A stretch of DNA of 60,297 bases, counting the filler, from a candidate division TA06 bacterium SM23_40 (lineage in GTDB: Bacteria; LJUI01; SM1-40), in the NCBI GenBank assembly GCA_001303705.1. It is 7 parts of 7 records of this genome, joined end to end, with 100 filler letters (N's around TTAATTAATTAA, not from the genome) between each part and the next. Parts side by side here need not be neighbours in the genome. Positions count along the whole stretch, not along the records: positions 14,737 to 20,921 come from LJUI01000147.1; positions 21,022 to 27,193 come from LJUI01000148.1; positions 27,294 to 47,890 come from LJUI01000028.1; 4 more parts are not named here. One strand, 5' to 3'. Made by a program: the position numbers and the translations under genes. How positions within the stretch are numbered: position 1 is the stretch's first letter; every line of letters starts with the position of its first letter. Below the pieces are notes generated by a model that worked only from the letters and a program-made list of their open reading frames with translations, was not told where the DNA came from and ran no database searches. Of the stretch, positions 19,148 through 27,919 are shown piece by piece.

Positions 19148-20079
19148 GACTTGGCGACCCGGGCCATCGCTTTCAGTATCCAGGCACTCGTGGGAATGTT
19201 GCAGAGGTTCCAGAATTCCCTGAGCTCGCGCGGCGACCAGCCCTCCGGCGCGAACCCGTCTTTGGACAGGGCGTCGAGCGGCTGGTGTCTCATGGCGTAG
19301 GGATGGGCACCGAGGGAGAGGACTACGTCCCGGCGGCGATACGCGTCGACCGGCGTGTCGTCGTATCCATAGAGACAATAGACAACGACACTCTCGTCCG
19401 CCCTCACGCCATAGTCGGCGAGCATGTCGATTATGCCCCGCAACCTCGACTCGTGCTTGAGGCTATCGAAGGTGAACCGCCAGCACGGCATCCTCAGTCG
19501 GCTCAGCAGGAGCTCGACATGCCAGGGCTCGAGCAGCCGAGCATCGAGGCCATGGAGGAAGTCGACGTATGGCTGGCTCGCCAGCCGTTCTACAGTCTTG
19601 GTGACGTGGGCTCGCGAGCACGCAAGAAAGTTGTTATCGAGTACGGAAGGCGCCGGGACGAAGTCCGGAAGCTCGCGAAGCGCACCCTCCACCAGAGGGA
19701 CCGAACACCATGGGCAGCGGAGCGTGCAGCCGCGCGAGGTGTAGGTAGCCCGGTATCGACCGGGCATCTGATCGAAGCGCGGATCGAGGCCGAGCGTGGG
19801 ATCGATACCCAGATGTGCCCGGATGTACGCGGCCATGAGCGCAGCCGCCGGCCCTCCGATCTCTATCTCCGAGAATTTTGATGCCCCGGACGCAGCACGC
19901 ACGAGCTCGGGGATGTCCCACGTGTACAGGGCGCCGAAGAAAGCCTTACCAACTCCCTCCCATGAGGAAAAGCCGGGCTTGGCCTTGATGACCTCATAGC
20001 CCGACGCTCTGAGCCAGTGTGCGAGCTTCTCCGTTCCCAGGTTATAGTCCGAACTACAGTTGATGACTGCTGCCCTCAT
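19144..20079 (-). CDS. Radical SAM protein with B12-binding-like N-terminal domain
   Basis: TSRGCTLRCPWC (CxxxCxxC), IEIGGPAA, LDNNFLA, GLDARL; GGAGG RBS before ATG 20079. Confidence 0.8.
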   Translation of the reverse strand: MRAAVINCSSDYNLGTEKLAHWLRASGYEVIKAKPGFSSWEGVGKAFFGALYTWDIPELVRAASGASKFSEIEIGGPAAALMAAYIRAHLGIDPTLGLDPRFDQMPGRYRATYTSRGCTLRCPWCSVPLVEGALRELPDFVPAPSVLDNNFLACSRAHVTKTVERLASQPYVDFLHGLDARLLEPWHVELLLSRLRMPCWRFTFDSLKHESRLRGIIDMLADYGVRADESVVVYCLYGYDDTPVDAYRRRDVVLSLGAHPYAMRHQPLDALSKDGFAPEGWSPRELREFWNLCNIPTSAWILKAMARVAKS

Positions 20080-20156
20080 GCCGCTCGATTCCTCCGCACT
20101 CCCCTCCCGACTTGACCACAGTCCATCGGGGATCCCGATCCCCCGTCTCTTCTCTG

Positions 20157-20357
20157 ACGAGCCCCGCGCCAGATCTTCACGGACGAAACCTCTGCTAGAT
20201 CTTCGCCGACGAGACCCCCGCCAGATCATCTCCATCGAGCCAGTGTCAGATCATTCCGATCGAAGCCCACGCGAGATCTTGTCCAGCGAGCCCCCTGCTG
20301 GATTCTGCCCGACGAGACCCCCGCTAGATCATCTCCATCGAGCCCCGCACGAGATGG
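20157..20357. repeat. Degenerate ~26-bp tandem repeat (8 units) overlapping the 3' end of the EIIA-PII gene
   Basis: AGATC-like core at 20171, 20197, 20223, 20248, 20274, 20300, 20326, 20352; 36-bp duplicate 20206-20241 vs 20309-20344 (35/36 identical). Confidence 0.75.
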
Positions 20358-20920
20358 AGGTCGACGAGTGCGATCAGCGCGCCGGTGTGCTTGTCGAGGT
20401 CGCCGGTGATCTCCTCGATGCCGCGGACCACATCGTCGACCTGATCCTCTGCCAGTGTGGCCAGGATCGTCTTGCTGTAGGTCTTGTGTTCGCCGAGGAA
20501 ATTGATGAAATCGACGAACAGGGGCACGGTAGAGAGGATGTCCCGAATACCCTGGGATTCGAAGACAGTGGCGCCTCTGATCCCCATCTCCAGAAAGAGC
20601 TCGAAGACGTCGGCCACCCACCGTTCCTCCTGAAGAACCAGGATGAGCAGCTTCGCCGACTTTCTCTTCGCCGGCGACACCGGGGCGGGTCTGGTATGGC
20701 GGAGAAAGGTCTCGCAGAGGGCGAGATTCGAAGGCGACTTGACGAGCTCTCTCCTCACCCGTTCATCGCGCAGCACCCTGGAGACCTGTGCCAGAAGCTG
20801 GACATGACCTCCCGGTTTATCCTCGGGGCCGACGATGATGACAAACAGGTTGACCTTCCGGTTATCGAGCGCCTCGAAGTCCACGCCCTTTGGAGAGACG
20901 GCAAGGCCCAGCACGAAATC
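20324..20920 (-). CDS. PTS EIIA(type 2/Ntr-like) - PII-like fusion protein; 5'-truncated
   Basis: GVDFEALDNRKVNLFVIIVGP...HVQLLAQVSRVL (EIIA) followed by KLLILVL...GIRGATVFESQG...SKTIL (PII-like ferredoxin fold). Confidence 0.75.
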   Translation of the reverse strand, partial: DFVLGLAVSPKGVDFEALDNRKVNLFVIIVGPEDKPGGHVQLLAQVSRVLRDERVRRELVKSPSNLALCETFLRHTRPAPVSPAKRKSAKLLILVLQEERWVADVFELFLEMGIRGATVFESQGIRDILSTVPLFVDFINFLGEHKTYSKTILATLAEDQVDDVVRGIEEITGDLDKHTGALIALVDLHLVRGSMEMI

Positions 20921-20921
20921 A

Positions 20922-21021
20922 NNNNNNNNNNNNNNNNNNNNNNNNNNNNNNNNNNNNNNNNNNNNTTAATTAATTAANNNNNNNNNNNNNNNNNNNNNNN
21001 NNNNNNNNNNNNNNNNNNNNN
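20922..21021. other. Artificial contig linker
   Basis: N44-TTAATTAATTAA-N44. Confidence 0.98.
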
Positions 21022-21619
21022 TCCTGTAGATCCCCTCAGCCCTCGTGCCAACCCAGACAGCCTCACCATCCGGTTCGATGGCTATCGATTGGCAGATGAG
21101 CGTCAACGGCGTCAACTCCCAATTGTCTCCTCCATCTGTCGATCTATATGCCCCGCCATCAGTGGCCATATATCCATTCTGATTATTCGTTGGATCAATA
21201 ACTATACCGTAGATGTAGTCCGATAGCTCTGTCTCCACCCAGTCCTCGCCTTCATTGGTCGTCTTGTAGACATAGCCGATGCCCCAAGGGCGACGCATCC
21301 CGCCAACAAAGATCGTTGTCGGGTCCACAGGATCGACGGCCATGCAGTTGAAGTAGAAGGATTCGCCCGGGTACAGCCCCTCGCTGCGACTAACCCAGCT
21401 CTCTCCACAATCTGTACTCCGATAGAATTCGGCGGTCCCTGCCCAAAATTCGCCATATGTGATCGCGTATATGATGGACGGATCCTCCGAATTGACAGCC
21501 ACTCCCGGAATATCCCCTCCATAGAGGACAGTCTGCGACCACTCGCCCACTGCTGCCCATCCGGAAACAGAAACAGCGCAGGTGATCACCATCAGCCAAA
21601 GAACAATCGCCCTGGCCAT
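21022..21619 (-). CDS. Secreted BNR/Asp-box (YCF48/sortilin-like) beta-propeller protein; 3'-truncated
   Basis: Signal peptide MARAIVLWLMV...; YRSTDCGESW, YKTTNEGEDW, YRSTDGGDNW Asp-boxes; GAGG RBS. Confidence 0.8.
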
Positions 21620-22071
21620 TTTCGTACCTCCTCTCGCTGTTACAGCAGATGAGGCAGCCCGAACACACCAGCTCTTCTGGCCGCCCAAGAACTTAACTTC
21701 TGTCTCTCTGCCTCTGGCTTGTGTCAGATTCTCGCCAGTACTAACCACGAATGCAATCGCATCACGGACGGATTCGCAATGGAGTTCCTGCGGCAAAAGC
21801 AAGAACTCCTCGAGCCCCCTTTCCCTTCTGGCTGCCCACAAATGGACTGACCCCAGCAGCTCTACCGCTCGGGTCATGGAAATCGATGTCCGTCCTTGGC
21901 TCTATATGCTACCAACGGTGCCGGCGCCCAAAATCAGTCTCGGATGGGCCCGAGCGGCGAGGCGACCTGCCGCCCAGTTATGAATGACCTCTTCTAATCT
22001 TACACCGCATTGGGTCGCATAGTCAACCACGAAATGCCAGACACCCTTCCAGTTCTACCTTTTGTCATGAA

Positions 22072-22171
22072 GGCTCCCCGGGTTGGTGTCCCAGAGCGTA
22101 CTTTTGTGGGATCTGTCAAGAGTTGAGATGAGGCGGGCGGCTAGGGGACATACCGAGATCAGCCTCCTCCC
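22072..22171. repeat. ~100-bp dispersed repeat, copy 1 (possible IS end/MITE)
   Basis: 22072-22137 matches 27093-27158 at 65/66 nt, with weaker similarity for ~35 bp more; internal TGTCCC...GGGACA inverted motif. Confidence 0.8.
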
Positions 22172-22263
22172 AGAGCAGGTTAGACTCCCTATATCCGTCT
22201 CCTCCCCGCCGGCTGATGTTCACTCATGACAAAGACATACAACGGCTCGGCATCAGCCACGCG

Positions 22264-24948
22264 CTACAGCGCTCTCAGCGCATCTTCGATCCCAGCCGCA
22301 ATGCGGGCATGATCATGTTCGCCCTCGAAAGCAACAGGCGCCCCGAAGATCACCTGCGCGGTGCCCCGACGGGGAATCGATTTGCCCTTCGGCAGGATCT
22401 CGAACAAGCCCCTGAGCTTGACTGGCACCACCGGCGCAAGCATCTCTCCCGCGATCAGACCTATCCCCGGCCTGAACGGCGCGATCTCCCCCGTGATACT
22501 CCTCGTCCCCTCGGGATAGATGAGGACAGACCAGCCATCGTCGAGTAGGTCTCCCATAAGGCTCAGGCTCTTCCGGACCGCCTCCTTCCGGCAGAAAGGA
22601 AACGCATTCATCAGGAGGGGAGCCATGACCGCCAGCCCCCTCCGGCTCCACTTCACACGTTCATTCTGGTCCGTCTCCATCCCAAAGAAGTAGTCGGCGG
22701 CTGCGGCTACTGCGACTCTTCTCCTTATACGCGAAGGAAGACTCCACAGTATCGCTGGCGTGTCGAGATGGCTCGTATGATTGGCCACGAAAATCACCGG
22801 AAGCAACAGGCGAGACAGATTCTCTCGGCCCCGGATCTGCCGACCGAGAACGGTCCTCAAGTAGACAGTGCAGAGCCTCTGGAGAATGTCTCTCGCCAGA
22901 ATGGCGACTGGCGTTCTCGCCCACGAGAGTTCGGGAAACCTCACGGCGCTCTCGACAGAGCACTCGATCAGAGCCTCCAGATCGGCAACGGTTGACGCCG
23001 GGGTGAGATTGCTCTCGTCAAATCCTATACTAAACCGTTCCTCCAGAGCCACAACGAGTTCCACCATTCGGAGAGAGTCCAATCCGAGATCGTCCACAAG
23101 CCGCGAGCCGGACTCTACCTCCCCGGGAGGAATCCGCAAGAATGTGGCGAGTAACTCCAACAACTCCGATCCGGCCTCCTTCCCGCCCCCCACTCCCGGA
23201 ACATGCCTCCTTTCCGATTCCCTGCGCTCTCTCAGGGCCGCGGCTACTTCGTGCTTCTTGATCTTGAGCAGTGCAGTCTTCGGGAATTCCTCGCCCGCCC
23301 AAAAGCTCCCCGCGTGTATTCGCTGAGCTTCGCTCAGCTTCTCATTTGCTTCGCTCACTATTTCGTCGACGCTGAGGGTGCAAGACGGCTCAGGGATTAC
23401 CGCCGCGTGAGTTGTCATACCTCCGTTCTCTTCAAGACCGACAACACAACTCTCCTTCACACATGGATGTCGGTCGAGGACTCTCTCGATGTCGCGGGGA
23501 AAGATATTGGCCCCTGCGGAGCTGAGTATCATCTCCTTCTTTCGCCCCACAATCGTCAGGTACCCATCGTTGTCAATATCCCCGATATCACCTGTCTTGT
23601 ACCAATCCCTCTCGAACGCATTCTTAGTGGCTCCCTCATCCTCGTAGTAGCCCGACGTAACATTCTTGCCGCGTACCAGTATCTCCCCATCATCCGCTAT
23701 GCGTATTTCTTGTCCGGGCAGCGTCCTTCCTACGGTATGTGCCTTGTATCGGCGCAGCGTGTTGCAGGATACGACCGGAGAGGCCTCAGTTAGCCCATAT
23801 CCCTGCAACACGCGAATCCCCAGCCTCATCCAGAAATCCTCGGTCTTCTCATCGAGCTTCGAGCCACCACATATGAAAAGCCTCAGGCTCGGACTGATGC
23901 CTCGCCTCACGGGGTAAGACAGCATTCTCGCAACCCTAAACGGAACCGCTCCCCCGACCGTCGTCAACGATCTCAGAACCCAGTACCTGCCCCTGTGACC
24001 GGCCCTCCTCCACACGCTCTCCCTCATCGCTTCCAGGAAAAGAGGAACACACACCACCGTATTGACCCGGTGTCGCCGGAAGAGCTTTCCGACATCCAAT
24101 GACTTTCGTGTCTTGGTATAGATGATGGTCGCGCCGAACCTCAGAGGATAGAACAACCCGAGAACCTGCTCTAACAGGTGACTGAGTGGCAGCATCGAAA
24201 GGAACGTATAGGATGAATCCAAAAGCATCATCCGCCTCATGGAGCGGATGTTCGATACCAGATTTCTGTTTGTGATCAGCACACCCTTGGGATCGCTCGT
24301 CGTACCCGACGTGAAGACTATCTCGATCAGGTCATCTCCTCTTATGTCCGGCAAGTCATCCGGCGGCACAGGCTCCACATCAGCCAGGCACTCAAGCAGA
24401 TCCTCGGCGAACAGCTTCTCGATCGGACTATCTAGGATTTTCAAGGTTGAGAGAAGTATCGCCTTTGCCCTGACTCGCGCAATTATTTTTTCTGCGAACT
24501 CCGCCCGTGAGCCGAAGTCGATGGGCACAAGCACAATCCCGGACATGAGACAACCGAAAAAACAGACGATCCAACTGGGAGAATTATATGCCCATATACA
24601 GACCCTGTCCCCCTTATCGATACCCCGGGAACGAAGCAACGTCACAAACCTTCTCGCGTTGTCATATATATCCTCGTATGTGAATGACTGTGTACGATAG
24701 CTGCCCTTCCAGTGGAGCGCCACGTTATCGCCGTAGGCCCTGCGCAGAGCCTCAATGTAGTAGACAACCGTATCTTTGTCTCGGGAGTCCATCATCCTCA
24801 TTCCGTCATCCGTATCTTCGTCCCCAGAGTCTATCATCCTCATTTTGTGAACCGTATCCTTATCGCGGGATCCCATCATCCTCGTGCCGTGATCGGGCTG
24901 ACTCGACGATCCGAGGGCTATGAAATGATAGTCCCTCTGGCTGCTCAT
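22264..24948 (-). CDS. Tri-domain acyl-ligase (AMP-binding) - acyl carrier - lysophospholipid acyltransferase
   Basis: FTSGTTSDPKG, GYGLTE, YKTGD (adenylation); LGLDSL (phosphopantetheine site); NHTSHLD and IYPEGTRS (PlsC). Start placed at the ATGA overlap 24948; later ATGs inside the 42-bp repeats are possible. Confidence 0.88.
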   Translation of the reverse strand: MSSQRDYHFIALGSSSQPDHGTRMMGSRDKDTVHKMRMIDSGDEDTDDGMRMMDSRDKDTVVYYIEALRRAYGDNVALHWKGSYRTQSFTYEDIYDNARRFVTLLRSRGIDKGDRVCIWAYNSPSWIVCFFGCLMSGIVLVPIDFGSRAEFAEKIIARVRAKAILLSTLKILDSPIEKLFAEDLLECLADVEPVPPDDLPDIRGDDLIEIVFTSGTTSDPKGVLITNRNLVSNIRSMRRMMLLDSSYTFLSMLPLSHLLEQVLGLFYPLRFGATIIYTKTRKSLDVGKLFRRHRVNTVVCVPLFLEAMRESVWRRAGHRGRYWVLRSLTTVGGAVPFRVARMLSYPVRRGISPSLRLFICGGSKLDEKTEDFWMRLGIRVLQGYGLTEASPVVSCNTLRRYKAHTVGRTLPGQEIRIADDGEILVRGKNVTSGYYEDEGATKNAFERDWYKTGDIGDIDNDGYLTIVGRKKEMILSSAGANIFPRDIERVLDRHPCVKESCVVGLEENGGMTTHAAVIPEPSCTLSVDEIVSEANEKLSEAQRIHAGSFWAGEEFPKTALLKIKKHEVAAALRERRESERRHVPGVGGGKEAGSELLELLATFLRIPPGEVESGSRLVDDLGLDSLRMVELVVALEERFSIGFDESNLTPASTVADLEALIECSVESAVRFPELSWARTPVAILARDILQRLCTVYLRTVLGRQIRGRENLSRLLLPVIFVANHTSHLDTPAILWSLPSRIRRRVAVAAAADYFFGMETDQNERVKWSRRGLAVMAPLLMNAFPFCRKEAVRKSLSLMGDLLDDGWSVLIYPEGTRSITGEIAPFRPGIGLIAGEMLAPVVPVKLRGLFEILPKGKSIPRRGTAQVIFGAPVAFEGEHDHARIAAGIEDALRAL
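24766..24891. repeat. Three 42-bp in-frame tandem repeats at the 5' end of the acyl-ligase gene
   Basis: Encode TRMMGSRDKDTVHK / MRMIDSGDEDTDDG / MRMMDSRDKDTVVY. Confidence 0.8.
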
Positions 24949-26009
24949 GCATATAGCCAGTTGATCATATGAAAGGTGATCGGAACTGTGAAGATGAGGC
25001 TGTCGACTCGATCTATAATCCCCCCGTGCCCGGGCAGCATCGTGCCCGAGTCCTTTATCCCCATGTCCCGCTTGACCATCGAAAAGACCATATCGCCCAT
25101 CAGCCCGAGAAAACCTATCAACAGACCGAGAACCGCGGCAAAAGTATAGCTCAACCTCCCCCTCGCGAAATCGGGCATGATGGGCACAAAGGCCAGCGAC
25201 AGGAGAGTGACCAACGAGGCCGTGATTATTCCAGCTCCCCACGTCTTCTTGGGGCTCACAGTCACTGCGATCTTGGTGTTCAGTAATCTGAGCAAGGAAT
25301 TGCCGGGGATTCTCGCCTGAAACGAAGCGAGACCTTTTCCCACCCAAAATGATAAGAGATCCCTCGCTTCTGTCAGAAAGAAGCAGTAGAGTAGCACCAT
25401 CGCCCCCAGATTGATCATGAACAGGCTGTGCCCGAGATTGAACACAAAGAACATGAGGCCTATGGAAATGAGCCCAATAGATCGGATGGTTCCTTCTGCC
25501 CTGTTCTGCAGGACGAAGATGATGGGTATCAGCAAGAACGTGTAGACCGGCACGAGAATAATATACAATCCGTACTTCTGAGTGTAGGCTAGATAGCCGA
25601 GAACGAGAATAGCCAGGTGACAGACGATCGCCGGCAATCTATCTCTCGAGATCGGATTCTTCGGGTCTCCTCCCCCGCACACTGAGAGAAGAGAGAAATA
25701 CTCCCTCAATGCGAGAAAGCAGAGGAACCCCATGAAGCAAAAGGAGACGATCCTGTGCGTCGAGACCGCCACAATGAAAACCGCGGCCATCCACCACCAG
25801 GTGACTGTCCGGCTCACTATTTCGTCGGCCATGGCGGACTTCCTGGCCACCAGTATCCGGCCGATCAGACTGAAAAAGAGCAGCAGCCCGATGATGACTC
25901 CCATAACGACGAGCATGGAATTGTTTCGTCTCTGAACCAGGATTCCCAGAGAGACGAGTATTATTCCGGCAAGTAGAATGAACCTGCCAAACCTCTTTAG
26001 CATCTTCAC
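24945..26009 (-). CDS. Phosphatidate cytidylyltransferase (YnbB/CdsA-like)
   Basis: VSPKKTWG, GDMVFSMVKRDMGIKDSG..LPGHGGIIDRVDS signature; polytopic membrane protein. Confidence 0.9.
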   Translation of the reverse strand: MKMLKRFGRFILLAGIILVSLGILVQRRNNSMLVVMGVIIGLLLFFSLIGRILVARKSAMADEIVSRTVTWWWMAAVFIVAVSTHRIVSFCFMGFLCFLALREYFSLLSVCGGGDPKNPISRDRLPAIVCHLAILVLGYLAYTQKYGLYIILVPVYTFLLIPIIFVLQNRAEGTIRSIGLISIGLMFFVFNLGHSLFMINLGAMVLLYCFFLTEARDLLSFWVGKGLASFQARIPGNSLLRLLNTKIAVTVSPKKTWGAGIITASLVTLLSLAFVPIMPDFARGRLSYTFAAVLGLLIGFLGLMGDMVFSMVKRDMGIKDSGTMLPGHGGIIDRVDSLIFTVPITFHMINWLYA

Positions 26010-26644
26010 CTACCGATCCAGGTGTAGGACTTGTATTCCTCGCCTCTTGCCACTTCGAGTATCTTCGCTATTCTCCTGATGCAAGTCAACCCGACGAGGA
26101 TCGAGACCCCTGCAAGATAATGGGGCAGGTAATGAATGAAGTCGTGGTTGAAGAATGCGATGATGGCGAATAGTCCCACCCATACTGCTCTGTCAGGTTT
26201 GCCTCCGCCCAAACTCTCGTGTCTCCGCACTCCCCCGGGCAGACTCTTCCCCAGAACTCCATAGAACTCTGCCGCCCAGATCAGAATGAGAAATATCGTC
26301 AGCGACAGAGCAGGACCATCCGGCACGAAAAAGAGCACGCCATAGCAGATGGTGTCGCCGCCGATGTCGAGCGATTCGTTCCAGACCTCCCCTGCCGGGG
26401 TCGCCGTGTTGTACTCACGCGAGAGCATTCCATCCAGGGTGTTCATCGCCAGTCTCATGACGAGAAAGAGGGGCACTAGCAGCAGCACCCATCCCAGATG
26501 CTCATAGGAAAGCCCAACGTATAAGCCCAGAGCAGCGAGGAGTATGAAGGCCACCCCAAAATACGTCGCCTGGTTGGCAGTCATCCAGGAGCCGGCCATC
26601 CAGCGAACCACTTTCTGGAAGTTACCCTTCTGTAAGTAGAGCAT
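26006..26644 (-). CDS. CDP-alcohol phosphatidyltransferase (YnbA-like)
   Basis: TANQAT, RLAMNTLDGMLSRE...GEVWNESLDIGGD (DGxxAR...GxxxNxxxD variant), GKPDRA. Confidence 0.85.
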   Translation of the reverse strand: MLYLQKGNFQKVVRWMAGSWMTANQATYFGVAFILLAALGLYVGLSYEHLGWVLLLVPLFLVMRLAMNTLDGMLSREYNTATPAGEVWNESLDIGGDTICYGVLFFVPDGPALSLTIFLILIWAAEFYGVLGKSLPGGVRRHESLGGGKPDRAVWVGLFAIIAFFNHDFIHYLPHYLAGVSILVGLTCIRRIAKILEVARGEEYKSYTWIGR

Positions 26645-27092
26645 ATGCCCTCCTCATCGTTCGCCTGCTCGTTCCGCGGTGCATCCTCATTCTCAGTCCG
26701 CTTTACATCGTCCTTCTCTTTCCGCTCTCCATCGTCTTTCTCAGTATCCCTGTAGTTCTCCTTCTCATTCTCATTGCAAATATGGATGCATGTCTGCTTC
26801 ATTCTCCGGATACGGGCGCGGCGCCTGGCACCAGTGCGCCACCGCCCCGCATCACAACAGTTGAGTGCTAAAGATGCTGATCTCTCTTCCGGCCTCCCGT
26901 CCCAATCGATCCCCTCTCTACCCCGTGGTCACAGTCTACAAAAAGACCCGAGCAGCTCCACCGCTCAGGTCCAGAGTTCAGAGACACTTCCTCATACCAT
27001 GCGAACAGCGGGGCAACCTCCCGTCGATCGTACTCGCCGTCACTGCCACCTAGGCTAGGGCGCCGCCGCGTTGAATGTCAAGGAAAAACACT

Positions 27093-27193
27093 GGCTCCCC
27101 GGGTTGGTGTCCCAGAGCGTACTTTTGTGGGATCTGTCAAGAATTGAGATGAGGCGGGTCGCGAGGGGACGTACCAGGATGAGCCTTCTACCT
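27093..27193. repeat. ~100-bp dispersed repeat, copy 2, running into the contig end
   Basis: Direct repeat of 22072-22171; the assembly breaks inside it, as expected for a multicopy element. Confidence 0.8.
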
Positions 27194-27293
27194 NNNNNNN
27201 NNNNNNNNNNNNNNNNNNNNNNNNNNNNNNNNNNNNNTTAATTAATTAANNNNNNNNNNNNNNNNNNNNNNNNNNNNNNNNNNNNNNNNNNNN
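27194..27293. other. Artificial contig linker
   Basis: N44-TTAATTAATTAA-N44. Confidence 0.98.
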
Positions 27294-27762
27294 TTCGCCC
27301 GGAACCGGACCCACTGCCCGCCAACGTCGACGTGCTTCAGGTCGAGTCGGACCACCTTGGTGCCGCGGAGCCCGGTCGAGTAGACCGCATGCAGAAGTGC
27401 GCGATCCCCGAGCCCCGTCGCCGTCCGGATTCGCGGCTTCTCGAGCATGCGCTCGACCTCCTTGACGCTCGGCACCATCGGGAGGCGTCCCTGTCTGTGC
27501 GGGGCTCTCACGACCTCGGTAGGATCGCACACCGCCTCATCGCCGAGAGCTTGCGGGTGCTCGCCGTCGTGCCGGCCTGCCGGAGAGACCCGAGGAACCC
27601 CACCACATCGTGCCGCTCGGCGCGGACGGGCCCCGTGCTATGGGCCTCGAGATACCTGAAGTATTGTCTCAGGTCGCCCCCGTATGCCCTGACCGTATTG
27701 TCGCTTAGATCGTCCTGAAGCCGCAGGTGCGCCTCGAAGCGCTCCAGCAGATCGAGCTCCAT
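27294..27762 (-). pseudogene. XerC/XerD-like tyrosine recombinase, degenerate (deletion/frameshift ~27533); 3'-truncated
   Basis: LSDNTVRAYGGDLRQY...RKLSAMRR in one frame, then DPT...LPMVPSVKEVERMLEKP...GLGDRALLHAVYSTGLR in another; several normally conserved residues are substituted. Confidence 0.75.
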
Positions 27763-27919
27763 GAACACACCTCCCCGCCGACCGTTGGGTACAGAAAGAC
27801 ATGCCTCACCCTTGATCAGCCCGTGGCGAGGTATGTCCGGAGACATCATCCGATGGGCGCTCACCAGGCGAGGCAGATTCCCGGCACCCCCTCCCCTATC
27901 GCAGCGACTGCCCGTGCCG

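Noticed and set aside
20206-20344. attL/attR pair of an integrated element
   Set aside because: The copies are only 103 bp apart and sit within a 26-bp periodic array; no cargo between them.
22211-22265. attC-like fragment (GGCTGATG...ACAACGGCTCGGCATCAGCC)
   Set aside because: Only an 8-bp inverted repeat and a partial resemblance; no complete R'/R'' pair.
26581-26802. 73-aa charged ORF upstream of the ynbA-like gene
   Set aside because: Low-complexity purine-rich sequence overlapping the next gene out of frame; no supporting motif.
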